DNA of 64,000 nucleotides, taken from positions 9,080-73,079 of IMG/VR virus record IMGVR_UViG_3300027971_000046; one strand, written 5' to 3'. The DNA comes from a virus. Positions 1 through 10,207 of the stretch are shown here, piece by piece (positions within the stretch are counted from its first letter, which is position 1; every line of letters starts with the position of its first letter). The notes beneath the pieces are model-generated. The model had not been told where the DNA came from. It worked only from the letters and a program-made list of their open reading frames with translations, and did no database searches. The position numbers and the translations under genes are program-made.

Positions 1-106
1 TAGCAGCAAGTTGTTTGGCTGCCTTCTCTTTTGATGGATGTGTGCCTAGAACTTTTGTTCCGCTCTTGTCTGTGACTACGAACTTGCTGCCGCTCTTCTT
101 GATCAT
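1..106 (-). CDS. small basic phage protein (partial, runs off the window edge)
   Basis: ATG at 106 reads MIKKSGSKFVVTDKSGTKVLGTHPSKEKAAKQLAA, resembling small head-associated modules of T4-like phages. Confidence 0.6.
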   Translation of the reverse strand, partial: MIKKSGSKFVVTDKSGTKVLGTHPSKEKAAKQLAA

Positions 107-115
107 GGATGGATC

Positions 116-1312
116 TCAATAATCGTCTGCATTTATTGAATGTTTCGATCCTTGCGAATAGTAATCGTCTTTGCTTTTACGATTCGCGTCTTGCTTTTTC
201 TTGTTTTCTGCGGAGCGGCGGGCTTCTTCTTCTCTCTTCTTTACCGAAGCAGCCGCAGCAGCAGCCGCACGGCGGGAGCGGCGGGCTTCGGAAGCAGCCG
301 CAGCAGCAGCCGCAGCGATTCCTACTATGCCCTCATCTACTGTAACGGCTTTCTTGCTCTTGCCCTTCTTTGTGCTGAAGGTCTTTGCAGCAGGAATGTC
401 TGTGGTCTTCATTGTCTCGCTTGCGGTTGTCATGTAATCACTGGACTCTTTCACAGGCTTCTTGGTCGGCTTTGGCTTTTCAAGTTCATCGCGCAACTTG
501 CGAGCCTGCTCCCGTGCCTTCTTGTTTTCCTGTGGGCTTTTGCGATTCATGGTGGTCATGTATTCGTTGAGTTCGCGCTGAAGATCAAAGAATGTCTTGC
601 CTTCACTCACGCTCTTCCAACTACCGCCCTGCTCGTTGTACCACTTCACTGCCCAACCGTTGGCGTAAGCCGATGGGTACACATCAAACTTGGAGCGAGC
701 CTTGGACTTGGCTTTCGCCCACAGTCCAGGATTGGTTGGCGTGTTCTTTTCCATGAGTTCCTGTGCGGCTTCAAGCAAACCAAACTCGTCCATGCTTTCG
801 GTGTTGGGAGTCTCAAACGACTCTTCCACGCTCTGATTGCCCAGAGTCTTCTTGAAGGCATTGAACAGGGTGGGGGAACCAGTGATCTTCTTGACCATAG
901 AGTCCATCATGTCAATCATCAGGTCACGGTACACCTTGGACGCGCTCATCTTGACGGCGGTTTCAGGCGACTGTAGAGCGCGGCGGGCAGACAGCACATC
1001 CTTCTTCTTGACCAATCCGCTGCGGAGCAGGGTCTTGGTGCGTTCGGTTTCCACGCCCTCGGTGGTCATGCTGGGTTCTTTGGACAGGCTGGCACGGAGG
1101 GCGGTGTACAGGTTGCGGTTGTTTAGTACACGATCCACCACATCAACCAGAATCTCCTGCATGAGCATACGATACGCAGGGTTCTTCATTGCCTTCTCGG
1201 GGTCTTGCAGCAGAGCGGCAGCGCGGCGCACATTGTTCTTGGAAACCAAGCCAAGGCGCAGCAGCGAATTGAGTTTCGATGAGATGGCACTCTCTTTTCC
1301 GATTCCGTCCAT
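116..1312 (-). CDS. probable head-associated polyprotein with tandem N-terminal duplication and PSAYANGW module
   Basis: 398 aa; two LLRxGLV...YRxLM repeats; WAKAKSKARSKFDVYPSAYANGWAVKWY module typical of T4-like cyanophage proteins; GGAG RBS and CTAAATA upstream. Confidence 0.75.
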   Translation of the reverse strand: MDGIGKESAISSKLNSLLRLGLVSKNNVRRAAALLQDPEKAMKNPAYRMLMQEILVDVVDRVLNNRNLYTALRASLSKEPSMTTEGVETERTKTLLRSGLVKKKDVLSARRALQSPETAVKMSASKVYRDLMIDMMDSMVKKITGSPTLFNAFKKTLGNQSVEESFETPNTESMDEFGLLEAAQELMEKNTPTNPGLWAKAKSKARSKFDVYPSAYANGWAVKWYNEQGGSWKSVSEGKTFFDLQRELNEYMTTMNRKSPQENKKAREQARKLRDELEKPKPTKKPVKESSDYMTTASETMKTTDIPAAKTFSTKKGKSKKAVTVDEGIVGIAAAAAAAASEARRSRRAAAAAAASVKKREEEARRSAENKKKQDANRKSKDDYYSQGSKHSINADDY

Positions 1313-1331
1313 AGTGGGTTCTCCCTTTTCT

Positions 1332-2384
1332 TTATTTAGACGATTTAGAGTGGCTGGTCATGTGGGGAGAGTTACCTTTTCCACTCCGCTGAGTCTCGGG
1401 TTCGACCCGTCTTTTTTGAATCACAGCCCGCTTGCGCTCTTTGGGGGTCATTTCACCCACCGTTTCAGGGGTTTTGCTGCTCACCTTGTTGACAGGGCGG
1501 CACTTGGGGTACTTGCCGCTAGAGGTGTCGTGGCGACCACACGGCGGATACTGCCCTGTCTTGGGGTCTTTCTTGCCGCCAATGTCTACCCACTTCTCTT
1601 TGAACCACCGCGCCAAGTCTTCGTCAATCTTGCACGGGGGAGTGGGGAATATTTTATTGTGCTTAGAGAAGCCGCCAGTTTGACCAGGCGTATCAGGTCT
1701 GCGCTTAGTCTTGTCGCTTTCCATGAGACGAACCGCAGCAGCGGAATAGATGCTGCCGTAGTCGATGCCTTCCTTGACACTGGTCTTCATGCCGTGCTGA
1801 ATGTCTTGGAACAGTGCCTTCACATCAGCAGCGTTTGCGCGGCGTGGCATTCCGCTCCTGAAAGTCTTGAAGTCGTTCTCCGCAGCGGCTGCGCGTAGTT
1901 TGGATGCGCTCATGCCTTGCACACCTGTAGCACTCTCGTCCCGCTTGCCTGCAATCACAATATTCAGGCTCTTGAGTTTCAGGCGGTCTTTCCTGCGACT
2001 CGGCTCCATCAATTCCTTGAAGGCTTCGTATTTTTCTTGCCGATCTTCTCCACCAACAATATGCACATGGTCGTAGCCCTTTTCGGCAAGCCAGTACAAC
2101 ATATCAAACGGAGTCTTGATTTGGGGAATGTCCTTGAAGTTTGCGTCAGGAAAGAACCGCTTCAGGTACTTGAACTTCTGACGCGGCGAGAGTGGGTTCT
2201 TCTTGGGATCGTTTGTGCGACTGCTGAACATCGCGTAGTCCGCACCCAAACTCTTTGCCGTACTAACTACCTTATCGACTAGCAGTTGGTGTCCTGAAGT
2301 TGGTGGCTGAAAGCGACCAAAGGCAACCACGATGGATTTGCCCTGGGTCTTGGGTTTCGAAATATCTCTAACCGTTTTTGCCAC
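1332..2384 (-). CDS. cytidylyltransferase-like (HxGH nucleotidyltransferase) with C-terminal LxRWFKEKWVD module
   Basis: AFGRFQPPTSGH, KKNPL, VGGEDR and GMSASKLR motifs of the T4-like phage cytidylyltransferase family. Confidence 0.85.
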   Translation of the reverse strand: MAKTVRDISKPKTQGKSIVVAFGRFQPPTSGHQLLVDKVVSTAKSLGADYAMFSSRTNDPKKNPLSPRQKFKYLKRFFPDANFKDIPQIKTPFDMLYWLAEKGYDHVHIVGGEDRQEKYEAFKELMEPSRRKDRLKLKSLNIVIAGKRDESATGVQGMSASKLRAAAAENDFKTFRSGMPRRANAADVKALFQDIQHGMKTSVKEGIDYGSIYSAAAVRLMESDKTKRRPDTPGQTGGFSKHNKIFPTPPCKIDEDLARWFKEKWVDIGGKKDPKTGQYPPCGRHDTSSGKYPKCRPVNKVSSKTPETVGEMTPKERKRAVIQKRRVEPETQRSGKGNSPHMTSHSKSSK

Positions 2385-2425
2385 TTAGATCACCTCCCGT
2401 ATGCACTTCGGACACCAACTGCCAG

Positions 2426-3631
2426 TCAAGTTTTCTTCCAAGTTTTTTCAACAGTAAAGTTGCTGCGTGAGAAGTCCAATCGGTCTACTAGTTTCACTGC
2501 CTTGTTGCTCATGCGGTCGATTGCCACGAAACCTTCGGGTGTCGTGACGCGATATCCCTTGCCGTCCTTGATGAAGGTCGAAACCTCACCCTCAAGGGAT
2601 GCAAGTTTGTCGCGCACAACCAACTTCAACTGCGCGACAGAGTTATGTAGGGCGAACACCCGACCGATCTGATTACGGTTTTTCCGTATCCATTCCATCG
2701 TGGGTGTTGGCTTTGTGCTTGGTTTCTTCCTGACGAGTGCCGATTTTGATTGCAGGAATGCAATCAATTGATTCACATCAGCGTGTGAACTGGCAATCCC
2801 TTTAGATACAAGAGAGTTGATGTATCCTTTGATAGCCTGTTTCACCCCATCGTTCTTTCCGATGGCGTTGAGTATTGCTTTCAGAGATTCGGCAGTGCGC
2901 GTGAGCGATTGGATTGAGGCTTCAATTGTTCTACGATCCGTTGGGCTGAACAGTGCCGAGCCAGAGGCAACACGAAGTGTGGCGTTGTCGAACCACACAT
3001 CCTTGCTCTTCTTCAAGTACGAGATATCGGGGTTGAACCGCGCACTCATGTCCTGCATGGTGTTGCCTTCGTATGCAGTATGGAACACGATTCCCATCTT
3101 GGCTGCACTCATGCGCTTCGCCAAATCGCTGTTGGCACTCACTGCGTACCTGATGGTGTTTGCTTGGAAAGTGAGATAGGCTTTTCCGTCAATCTTTTCC
3201 CGTTGCAGAGTATCGTGCTTGAACAAGAAGTCTCCTTGCAGCACACCACGCACACCTAGTTTAGACAGGTGCTTCAGAGCGAGTTTCAGTTTTTCGTTTA
3301 GTCCACCCTCGGGGTGGTTTGCGTCTATGTCCGCATCAGTGAAGTTTAACTTGGGTGTCACATTGAACACGCTCTTCGTACCAACGAAGAACTTGCCAGT
3401 TGATGGATCTGTTCCGCAGAATATTGCGGGTGCGCCGTCCCACTTCACGGTGACATCGTATGCGCTTGGTTCGTTTGCGCCCAAAGCGTCCATCAAACCA
3501 GTGATGGACTTCATGCTGCTGACAAAGCCAGAGTATCCGCTGTTCAGCATCTCGTCTTCAAGATGCTCCAAGTGGACATTCTTTCCAGTCTTTTTTACAG
3601 CCTCAACCAGATGTTCCGTGAATCGTATCAA
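2426..3631 (-). CDS. conserved T4-like phage protein (DUF6267-like)
   Basis: KNVHLEHLED, TVKWDGAPAIFCG, FFVGTKSVFN, PEGFVAID, KLVDRLDFS motifs; usual neighbour of the cytidylyltransferase. Confidence 0.8.
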   Translation of the reverse strand: MIRFTEHLVEAVKKTGKNVHLEHLEDEMLNSGYSGFVSSMKSITGLMDALGANEPSAYDVTVKWDGAPAIFCGTDPSTGKFFVGTKSVFNVTPKLNFTDADIDANHPEGGLNEKLKLALKHLSKLGVRGVLQGDFLFKHDTLQREKIDGKAYLTFQANTIRYAVSANSDLAKRMSAAKMGIVFHTAYEGNTMQDMSARFNPDISYLKKSKDVWFDNATLRVASGSALFSPTDRRTIEASIQSLTRTAESLKAILNAIGKNDGVKQAIKGYINSLVSKGIASSHADVNQLIAFLQSKSALVRKKPSTKPTPTMEWIRKNRNQIGRVFALHNSVAQLKLVVRDKLASLEGEVSTFIKDGKGYRVTTPEGFVAIDRMSNKAVKLVDRLDFSRSNFTVEKTWKKT

Positions 3632-3652
3632 AGGCGTCCTCCGCTTCCGTAT

Positions 3653-4321
3653 TTAGGAAACGCGGACGGGCTGCTCGGCGCGATAAGTCTGTATTGCTTC
3701 CACCAAATCAGGAACATAGTCCATTGGATCAGCGGTGAATACCTGACAGCCTCCGTCTTCCACCCCAATCAGAATGGCAATATTTCGCAATTCCTGTCCA
3801 GTGCGATCCTGCCACATAAGGGAATACGCGGTAGCCTGCATGAAGTAATCCTGAATTGCGTCTTCCGACTTCGGGTAATTGGATGACTTGAAGTCAATAA
3901 CGGACGGAACGCCGTCAAACTCCCCGATGCAGTCGGTGCGCCCTGCCAAGCCCACACGCTTCGACCAGAGCGGTACTTCAATGGCGAATATCTTGCCGAT
4001 ACGGTCAATGTCTTCCCGCATGGCGACAAACAGATCCGCCTCACTCGTCCCTGCTGCTTCAGCGAGCGTAGTTGGCGTAAGATCGTTGCGGAGATAGGTT
4101 TCAATGATCGAATGTAGTTTGGTTCCACGGGAAAGTACTCGCTTGGATTCTTCGGGATTGTCGCGCCGCCACTTGGCAAAGAACGCACGCTTTTTCCATC
4201 CCGTCACGGTGGTGACAGACGGAAAAATACCGTCAGGAGTGCTGTATCTCCTGCCTCCGTTGCTTTCTACGCTTTCAATATTTTCTTCAAGCGTCACTAG
4301 TTCATGCTGAAAGGTCTTCAT
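3653..4321 (-). CDS. PD-(D/E)XK exonuclease
   Basis: PSVTTV, RGTKLH, LAGRTDCIGEFDG, VIDFKSS, DYFMQATAY motifs; start moved to MKTFQH. Confidence 0.85.
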   Translation of the reverse strand: MKTFQHELVTLEENIESVESNGGRRYSTPDGIFPSVTTVTGWKKRAFFAKWRRDNPEESKRVLSRGTKLHSIIETYLRNDLTPTTLAEAAGTSEADLFVAMREDIDRIGKIFAIEVPLWSKRVGLAGRTDCIGEFDGVPSVIDFKSSNYPKSEDAIQDYFMQATAYSLMWQDRTGQELRNIAILIGVEDGGCQVFTADPMDYVPDLVEAIQTYRAEQPVRVS

Positions 4322-4535
4322 GTTTAATCGTCTGGTGTCTCGTCCACTACTTCCGCGCCTTCGGGAAGTCCGTTGGGCTGCTGCGTTTCCTTGGGTGGAA
4401 CCGCAGACTGATTGCGGTTCTGCCACTGATTTGCAGCCTTCCATTCAGGATTGTTCTTTTGATTCTGCTGAACCCAAGCCAAGTACTGTCTCATGTTGCT
4501 CATGGTGTTCTCCTAGTAGTATGTAGGGGCGTTTC

Positions 4536-5390
4536 TCAATCTGAAGAATTGCGTTCCAATATTTCGGCGTATTCAGAAATGAATTCCGTACACGCTCCCG
4601 TATATTCCGATGCGGCAGAAGAAAATTGGGTGAATATCTGCTGTGTGAACGGGTGTGCGCTTCCAAGACGAACCACTGCGGGCAACAAGATTGCCGTGGT
4701 GGCTTCCTGAATATACGAGTACTTGGTGTCGAAGCCGTGTTCACACGATTGGCGCAGGGCAAGTACTTGCAATGCTTCGCGGAAGGGCTGTTGCTGTCGC
4801 TCGGTGAGAGATTGCAAGCATTCCGTAGCAGAGCGTATGAGTGCTTCCACACACGCAGCGGATGTACTCTTGATGCTGTAGTCACACTCTTCCTTGATGG
4901 TCAAGAACTCAAAGGGCGTGGTCTTTTTGCGAAGATCGTTCATTACTGCGCGGTATTCGTAGAACTCCATCTCTTCCCCGATCACCTTTACGATATCGGT
5001 GTTGTGCATGGCATACGACAGACTGCAAATGCGATTAAACATTTCGCGGGACGAGAACGCCTCTGCGTACACAGACTGATGAGCATTGCTCCAACACTTG
5101 AACAGCGAATGCACCTTGGGCTTGTAGCGTGTCTCGGTGTGCTTGGCAGTCACACACAGTACCGTAGGAGCGAATCGCTCTGTAAGGCTGTCCACCACCG
5201 CGTTTACGAGTGCAGGATCAGATGCGTCAGATGCCTTGCACCACAGCGAAAGCGTGGACTGCGGGTTGGAATACAGATATGAAATCGAAGCAAGTCCTTG
5301 AGCGGACTTCACTGTAACCGATCCACCACCATCGGTTTGCTCATGTTGAATCATGTTGTTATCTTTTCTTGCTACGCGGACGCAATCCAA
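4536..5390 (-). CDS. hypothetical protein
   Basis: long ORF packed in the minus-strand operon; start uncertain. Confidence 0.6.
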   Translation of the reverse strand: MDCVRVARKDNNMIQHEQTDGGGSVTVKSAQGLASISYLYSNPQSTLSLWCKASDASDPALVNAVVDSLTERFAPTVLCVTAKHTETRYKPKVHSLFKCWSNAHQSVYAEAFSSREMFNRICSLSYAMHNTDIVKVIGEEMEFYEYRAVMNDLRKKTTPFEFLTIKEECDYSIKSTSAACVEALIRSATECLQSLTERQQQPFREALQVLALRQSCEHGFDTKYSYIQEATTAILLPAVVRLGSAHPFTQQIFTQFSSAASEYTGACTEFISEYAEILERNSSD

Positions 5391-5901
5391 ATGTCAAACG
5401 CTTACGCATTGAAAGTTTACGCTTTCGCTTGGCTTGTGATCTCTTGCCACGAGCCTTTCGTGCTGCTCGTTTTGCAGTGAGTTTCATTTTACGCAATTGA
5501 CTCGTAGCCCGCTTCACACAGGTACGCGGTCCTCTTTTCTTGAAGCCAGGAGCGCACTTGAAGATGATGCGCTTGCGTCCCTTGCGAACCACGATCTTGC
5601 GCTTGGCAGCGGCTTCGTTTAGTTCTTCGCCTTGAATGTCAACCGATTCTTCAATCTCTTCTGCGTCATCGTCTTCAATGCTGATCTCGGCTTCTTCCAC
5701 CGCGTCAAGAATGTAGATGACACCATCTTTTTCTTCCCACTCCACCTCGTTCTCGTCAAGGTAGTCTACCACATCTTCATAGGAAAGCGAGGGCATATCC
5801 AAAACAATCTTCTCTTCCGTGAGTTCAGCGTCAAACTCCTCAAAGACAATTCTTTGAAGTGAGCAGAATGCGTGGTCGCGTAGTTCTTTGAATGGCTTCA
5901 T
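5359..5901 (-). CDS. prohead core protein (gp68-like)
   Basis: acidic N-terminal half, very basic C-terminus ending KRKRKLSMRKRLTFGL, as in T4 gp68. Confidence 0.6.
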   Translation of the reverse strand: MKPFKELRDHAFCSLQRIVFEEFDAELTEEKIVLDMPSLSYEDVVDYLDENEVEWEEKDGVIYILDAVEEAEISIEDDDAEEIEESVDIQGEELNEAAAKRKIVVRKGRKRIIFKCAPGFKKRGPRTCVKRATSQLRKMKLTAKRAARKARGKRSQAKRKRKLSMRKRLTFGLRPRSKKR

Positions 5902-6803
5902 GTTTGGAATCCTGGTTTCTCGGCTCGCTTCTCGCCTGCTTCTCTTCCCTTACCACGGAAATACACGCGAGGCTTTATGTCTTCTTTGCTTGGAACGCGC
6001 TTCAGGCTCTTGCCATCCTCAAATATTATGTCTACCCCGTCATTCACGCGGTCATACACGGGAGTTCCACCATCCAATCCAAACTTGATGAAATTCAACT
6101 CTCCGTTTTCTATTGCAAGCCAGAACAAGTCATTCATCTGATTTCCAAAAGGATTGCCTTTGTCTTTGGTGATGTCTTCAAAAATGGTTTCACACATAAC
6201 CTTTTTCGTGAACTTCTTATCTGGTACATCACGCACGGACTTGGACTGCAAGAACTCCATTGCAATCTGAGAACCTTCATTCGTGCTGTTTTCAGAAATG
6301 ATACGCACGAACTGATATGCAGTCTTCAAGTTCTGTGGAATCTCTGCTCCCTCCAGCAATTTCAATATGTCGCCAGGCTTTACCGTGTTGGACTTTCCTG
6401 TTTTTGCTTTTGCAGACAGTTTTTTCCACGACTTTCCACGATTGAAAGACATCATGTAGTCATACATTCCCTGATTCTGTGCAGCAGGATATTTAATCAG
6501 TACATCATCGGGTCGTCCATCAAACAACTTGAACTTGACAACACCAAGAGGACCAAGAGTTTCACCGAAATCAGTCAGAATCTTTCTCTTGTGCGATTGC
6601 ACCGAAGGCTTTTTCAAATGCTTCTTGAGGTTGTCATCGGTGACTCCTTCTCCTTTGAGATAAGAAACCACCATGTCAAGATAGACACCGAGATCCTTTG
6701 GCAATTTGCTGATTCCCGCATCAAGAAGTTTCTGATACTCCTTGAATGTCAGGGCATCGCCTGCCATTTTGAATGTGCGTGGATCTAGTTTTGCTTCAGC
6801 CAC
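5898..6803 (-). CDS. hypothetical protein, possibly PD-(D/E)XK-like nuclease
   Basis: 301 aa with 4-nt overlap to the next gene; DFGE...D...SAK pattern. Confidence 0.55.
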   Translation of the reverse strand: MAEAKLDPRTFKMAGDALTFKEYQKLLDAGISKLPKDLGVYLDMVVSYLKGEGVTDDNLKKHLKKPSVQSHKRKILTDFGETLGPLGVVKFKLFDGRPDDVLIKYPAAQNQGMYDYMMSFNRGKSWKKLSAKAKTGKSNTVKPGDILKLLEGAEIPQNLKTAYQFVRIISENSTNEGSQIAMEFLQSKSVRDVPDKKFTKKVMCETIFEDITKDKGNPFGNQMNDLFWLAIENGELNFIKFGLDGGTPVYDRVNDGVDIIFEDGKSLKRVPSKEDIKPRVYFRGKGREAGEKRAEKPGFQT

Positions 6804-6811
6804 GATTCACC

Positions 6812-8905
6812 TCACTTTTTTGCTTGGGAATCCGTCTTCTTGTTCATAGTTTCGCGTTGCTTTATATCAACCTTCATCAGATCCCAATCAGATAGTTTTC
6901 TCTTCTGTGGCATCTTGGATTGGGTTTCGGTAATGCAGATCATACCAACATCGGTGAAGTCAGCAGACTCCCAAATCAAATCCGCTCCGCGATCAAGCAG
7001 CATACGGTGGCTCTTCTTGCCGATCACTTGCAGCCCTGTGCCTGCAACGCGCAACTCTACTTCGTTGGTTCCCACCATGTACACCACATTGCCCATGTAG
7101 CGAACCTTCTTTACCTTCACGGATGTTTCTTTGCCGTTCTTGGAGCCGTAGATTTCAAAAGTGGTGCCTTCAGGCTTCTTGTTCATGGTGGCGAGTAGAT
7201 CCTGGGCGGTCTTCTCGTTCTTCTGAACTTCGTTACTAGCACGGGCATCGCGGTTTACCTGCTGTGCAAGCGATGCAACAGGATTGCCCTTCTTGTCAAC
7301 TTTGCGGTCGTTGTTGCCGCGCTGAAGCACCGCACCGTATCCGAATGTGTCAGGCTCGTCACTGGCAATTCGGGGCTTCTTGAACTTGGCTTTGGCGGCT
7401 TCGTTCAGCGACTCAACAAGATTCTGTATACGCTTTGTGCCGAATTTGCTCATGGTCCATTCCTTCTGTGTTTTGGCTTCAGGCTTCTTCTCGGGAACAG
7501 TTTGTCCCTTGTTGCTTTGGCTTAGTAGTCCGCTGTCCTTCTGAAACTTGTTGGAGAACGCAATGATTTCATCAATAGGAACAGGCTTGCCGTTCTTGCT
7601 GATGGTGCGTGTTCGCATTGTGGCGTTTGCGCCCGAGCCATTAGCAATGTCCACGGCGCACTGCGCTGCCCAACGGTGGTGACCGTCAACCACATATCCA
7701 TCACTCACATAGATGGGATCAAGCAGACGCTTGGCTGCTTTTCCGTAGGTGTCGGGATCGGCTTGTGCTGCAAGCAGTGAACCGTACATTGCCACTACCT
7801 TGCTGCCTTGAAGTTGTCCCTGAATAGGCTTCAGAGATGTGACATCCACATCTTTTTCCTCAATGGTGTATCCTGCACCTTCAAGAGCCGCACGATACTC
7901 TTTCTCCAAGTTGATTTCTGCCTTCAGGTCTTCGGGAGTAACCTGATCGGGAGAAGTGTATCCCTTGCCTGCCATCAGTGCCTTGAACGCGGTGCTGTCC
8001 TTGCGTTCAGGGTTTACGAAAGACGAGAACTGCGGCATCTGAATGCGTTCAATGCCCTTGCTGACCTTCTCACCTGTTTCGGGATCAAAGCAGAATCCCA
8101 ACTGCGCGAATGTCTTGGAACACAACTCAAACTCGTATCCCACTTCTCCACGCATAGCCGATAGCGCAGCGTGGTTCATCTCGTCAACGAAACGCCGCTC
8201 TTCTTCAGGTCGCCCAAACACAGACTCCTTGGTGTTTTGCGGACCAGTGAACTGCCTGTTCTTGATGGCTCCTGCAACCACATTGGCTTTGCGGATGTCC
8301 TTCTTGGCTTTTGCGTCAGCAGTGGCTTTTTCGTCAGGCTTGACTTCCGCATCGTATTCGGTTGCAGGATTCTCTTTTCCTACTTCCGCGTGTTGGACTT
8401 CAGGCTGCGCTGCTGGTTCTTTTTTTGCACCCGCTTCGCCACCTTGCGGTTGTGCTTGACGCTGCGTATTACTGGTTGTCGCTTGCGCTTGGGGAGTTCC
8501 TGCTCCTCCTGCTGCGGGTCGGGCTGTTGGCTGTGCTGTTGGCTGTGCTGCATTCGGTTTAGGTTCTGCCTTTCCACCCTGTGGGGCTGCTGTGGGCTTC
8601 TTCTCGTATCCGTCCGCGTCCAATTCAACCTTGCGCGAGGTGTCGCCTGGATTGTCCACTCGTCCCGCAGGACCAGCCTTGCCAGCAAGCCACGCCTTCG
8701 CGTTGTCTTCGGAATCAAAGTATTCAGTCTGTCCGTCCTTGTTCTTTGCACCCCAATTGCCACTGGCAGTCTGCCACGGCTCGCCCACCTTGTGCGCCGT
8801 CTTGGCAGCAGGCTTCTTGTCTGCGGGCTTTACAGGCACAGCAGCGGCTTGCACTTCAAAGATTGCGGAACGAAGGCTCTTGTAAGGTTCAATGTCCATG
8901 TTCAT
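6812..8905 (-). CDS. large multidomain protein with ParB/Srx-like domain
   Basis: SLKPIQ...PIYVSDGYVVDGHHRWAA; low-complexity Ala/Pro/Gln linker. Confidence 0.7.
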   Translation of the reverse strand: MNMDIEPYKSLRSAIFEVQAAAVPVKPADKKPAAKTAHKVGEPWQTASGNWGAKNKDGQTEYFDSEDNAKAWLAGKAGPAGRVDNPGDTSRKVELDADGYEKKPTAAPQGGKAEPKPNAAQPTAQPTARPAAGGAGTPQAQATTSNTQRQAQPQGGEAGAKKEPAAQPEVQHAEVGKENPATEYDAEVKPDEKATADAKAKKDIRKANVVAGAIKNRQFTGPQNTKESVFGRPEEERRFVDEMNHAALSAMRGEVGYEFELCSKTFAQLGFCFDPETGEKVSKGIERIQMPQFSSFVNPERKDSTAFKALMAGKGYTSPDQVTPEDLKAEINLEKEYRAALEGAGYTIEEKDVDVTSLKPIQGQLQGSKVVAMYGSLLAAQADPDTYGKAAKRLLDPIYVSDGYVVDGHHRWAAQCAVDIANGSGANATMRTRTISKNGKPVPIDEIIAFSNKFQKDSGLLSQSNKGQTVPEKKPEAKTQKEWTMSKFGTKRIQNLVESLNEAAKAKFKKPRIASDEPDTFGYGAVLQRGNNDRKVDKKGNPVASLAQQVNRDARASNEVQKNEKTAQDLLATMNKKPEGTTFEIYGSKNGKETSVKVKKVRYMGNVVYMVGTNEVELRVAGTGLQVIGKKSHRMLLDRGADLIWESADFTDVGMICITETQSKMPQKRKLSDWDLMKVDIKQRETMNKKTDSQAKK

Positions 8906-9384
8906 ACTCCGTAACTGCGCGTGATGGCGGTGATCTTGTCAATCTGTGCAGCAATCTTTTCTGCACGACCTTCCCACTTGATGTACGGCTTTTCGGGATT
9001 CTTCATAAGATTAGTTAGGAGAGGCAGAATCATCCGCTCAAGCGTCTGCAATTTTTCCTTGCACTCGTCCCGTGTGGCGTTAGCCCGTTCTTCCACCTCG
9101 TTCAGCACACTAGACAGGCTTTCGCCTTGCGACTGCACCGCTGCATTCAGTTCGTGCAGTTCCATGTTCAGTACACGATCAATCTTTTCTTCCACTCGTG
9201 TCATCTGTGTGAGGGACACAGGCTTCAGTGCAGCAACAGCATTTTTTAGTTCAGTGATCTGTGCTGCAATGGCTGCAACTGCATCAGGTGAAACAGACGG
9301 AAGGGGAGGAGTTGGTGGTGTCACCACCAGACCCAACTCCTCCCCTGTTACCGCCGTGAAGCCAAAATCAAACTCTTCAGCCAT
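8902..9384 (-). CDS. conserved coiled-coil phage protein
   Basis: FDFGFTAV N-terminus and ILPLLTNLMKNPEKPYIKW C-terminus as seen in T4-like phages. Confidence 0.7.
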   Translation of the reverse strand: MAEEFDFGFTAVTGEELGLVVTPPTPPLPSVSPDAVAAIAAQITELKNAVAALKPVSLTQMTRVEEKIDRVLNMELHELNAAVQSQGESLSSVLNEVEERANATRDECKEKLQTLERMILPLLTNLMKNPEKPYIKWEGRAEKIAAQIDKITAITRSYGV

Positions 9385-9390
9385 TGTGGA

Positions 9391-10119
9391 TTACGAAACT
9401 ACCCAAGTTCCGCTCCCGCCCGATGGGGTGTTGAAGTAAACCGATGCGGTGAATCCGCCGTTGACGACTCCTCTGCCTTGGAAGTTCTCAAATGTGCTTC
9501 CTACAACACCTGATGTTCCACGGGTAACACCAACAGCATCAAGGTTGAACGCTGCACCTGTAGCGTAAGTGGTGGCAATGGTTGACCACACGCCGATGTG
9601 AGCGGTTTCGCCTGCTGCGGCAGAAGTGAATCCGCGAACAATATACACGGTTCCATCACCGAACGACAACTGATCGTAGGTGGAAACAGCAACAGGACCA
9701 CGAGCCACGAAAGTTGTTCCTGCTCCGCTGGTTGCTCCCGCTGCAAGTGTAGCACCTGTGGCTAGCCGCCGTGCATATCCTGCACCGCTGTTCACAAACT
9801 TTTTGATGAAGATGCCCACGGTCTGTCCTTCGATTGCTCCAAGACTGAAGCCGCTTGCCATTGTCTCACCGCGAGGGTTCTGCAATGCAGCCTCAGTTCC
9901 TGAAGCCAAAGACGAGGTAATACTGCCGAATGGGGGGAATCCTGTACCCGTGGTGAGTCCAGTGATGCCGAAGCCAAGTCGCTTGGCATACCGTTCGATT
10001 AGAAGTGCGCCAGTGCGTCCTGCCGCGCCTGCGGTACCGTGTGCGCTGAACAAGTGGGCAAGTTGGTTGCCGAGTTTGTTAGCCTTTCCGAGTTCTACTG
10101 ATCCTGCTGTGAATGCCAT
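9391..10119 (-). CDS. Gly/Ala/Thr-rich probable virion structural protein
   Basis: 242 aa; AAGGAG RBS; CTAAATA late promoter upstream. Confidence 0.65.
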   Translation of the reverse strand: MAFTAGSVELGKANKLGNQLAHLFSAHGTAGAAGRTGALLIERYAKRLGFGITGLTTGTGFPPFGSITSSLASGTEAALQNPRGETMASGFSLGAIEGQTVGIFIKKFVNSGAGYARRLATGATLAAGATSGAGTTFVARGPVAVSTYDQLSFGDGTVYIVRGFTSAAAGETAHIGVWSTIATTYATGAAFNLDAVGVTRGTSGVVGSTFENFQGRGVVNGGFTASVYFNTPSGGSGTWVVS

Positions 10120-10207
10120 AAGAGTTCTCCTTTTGAGCGATTTTGGCTGTCGGTATTATTTAGTATCCGCAGCGAGTAGCCACGGGTACACTTCAATATT
10201 CAAAAAA

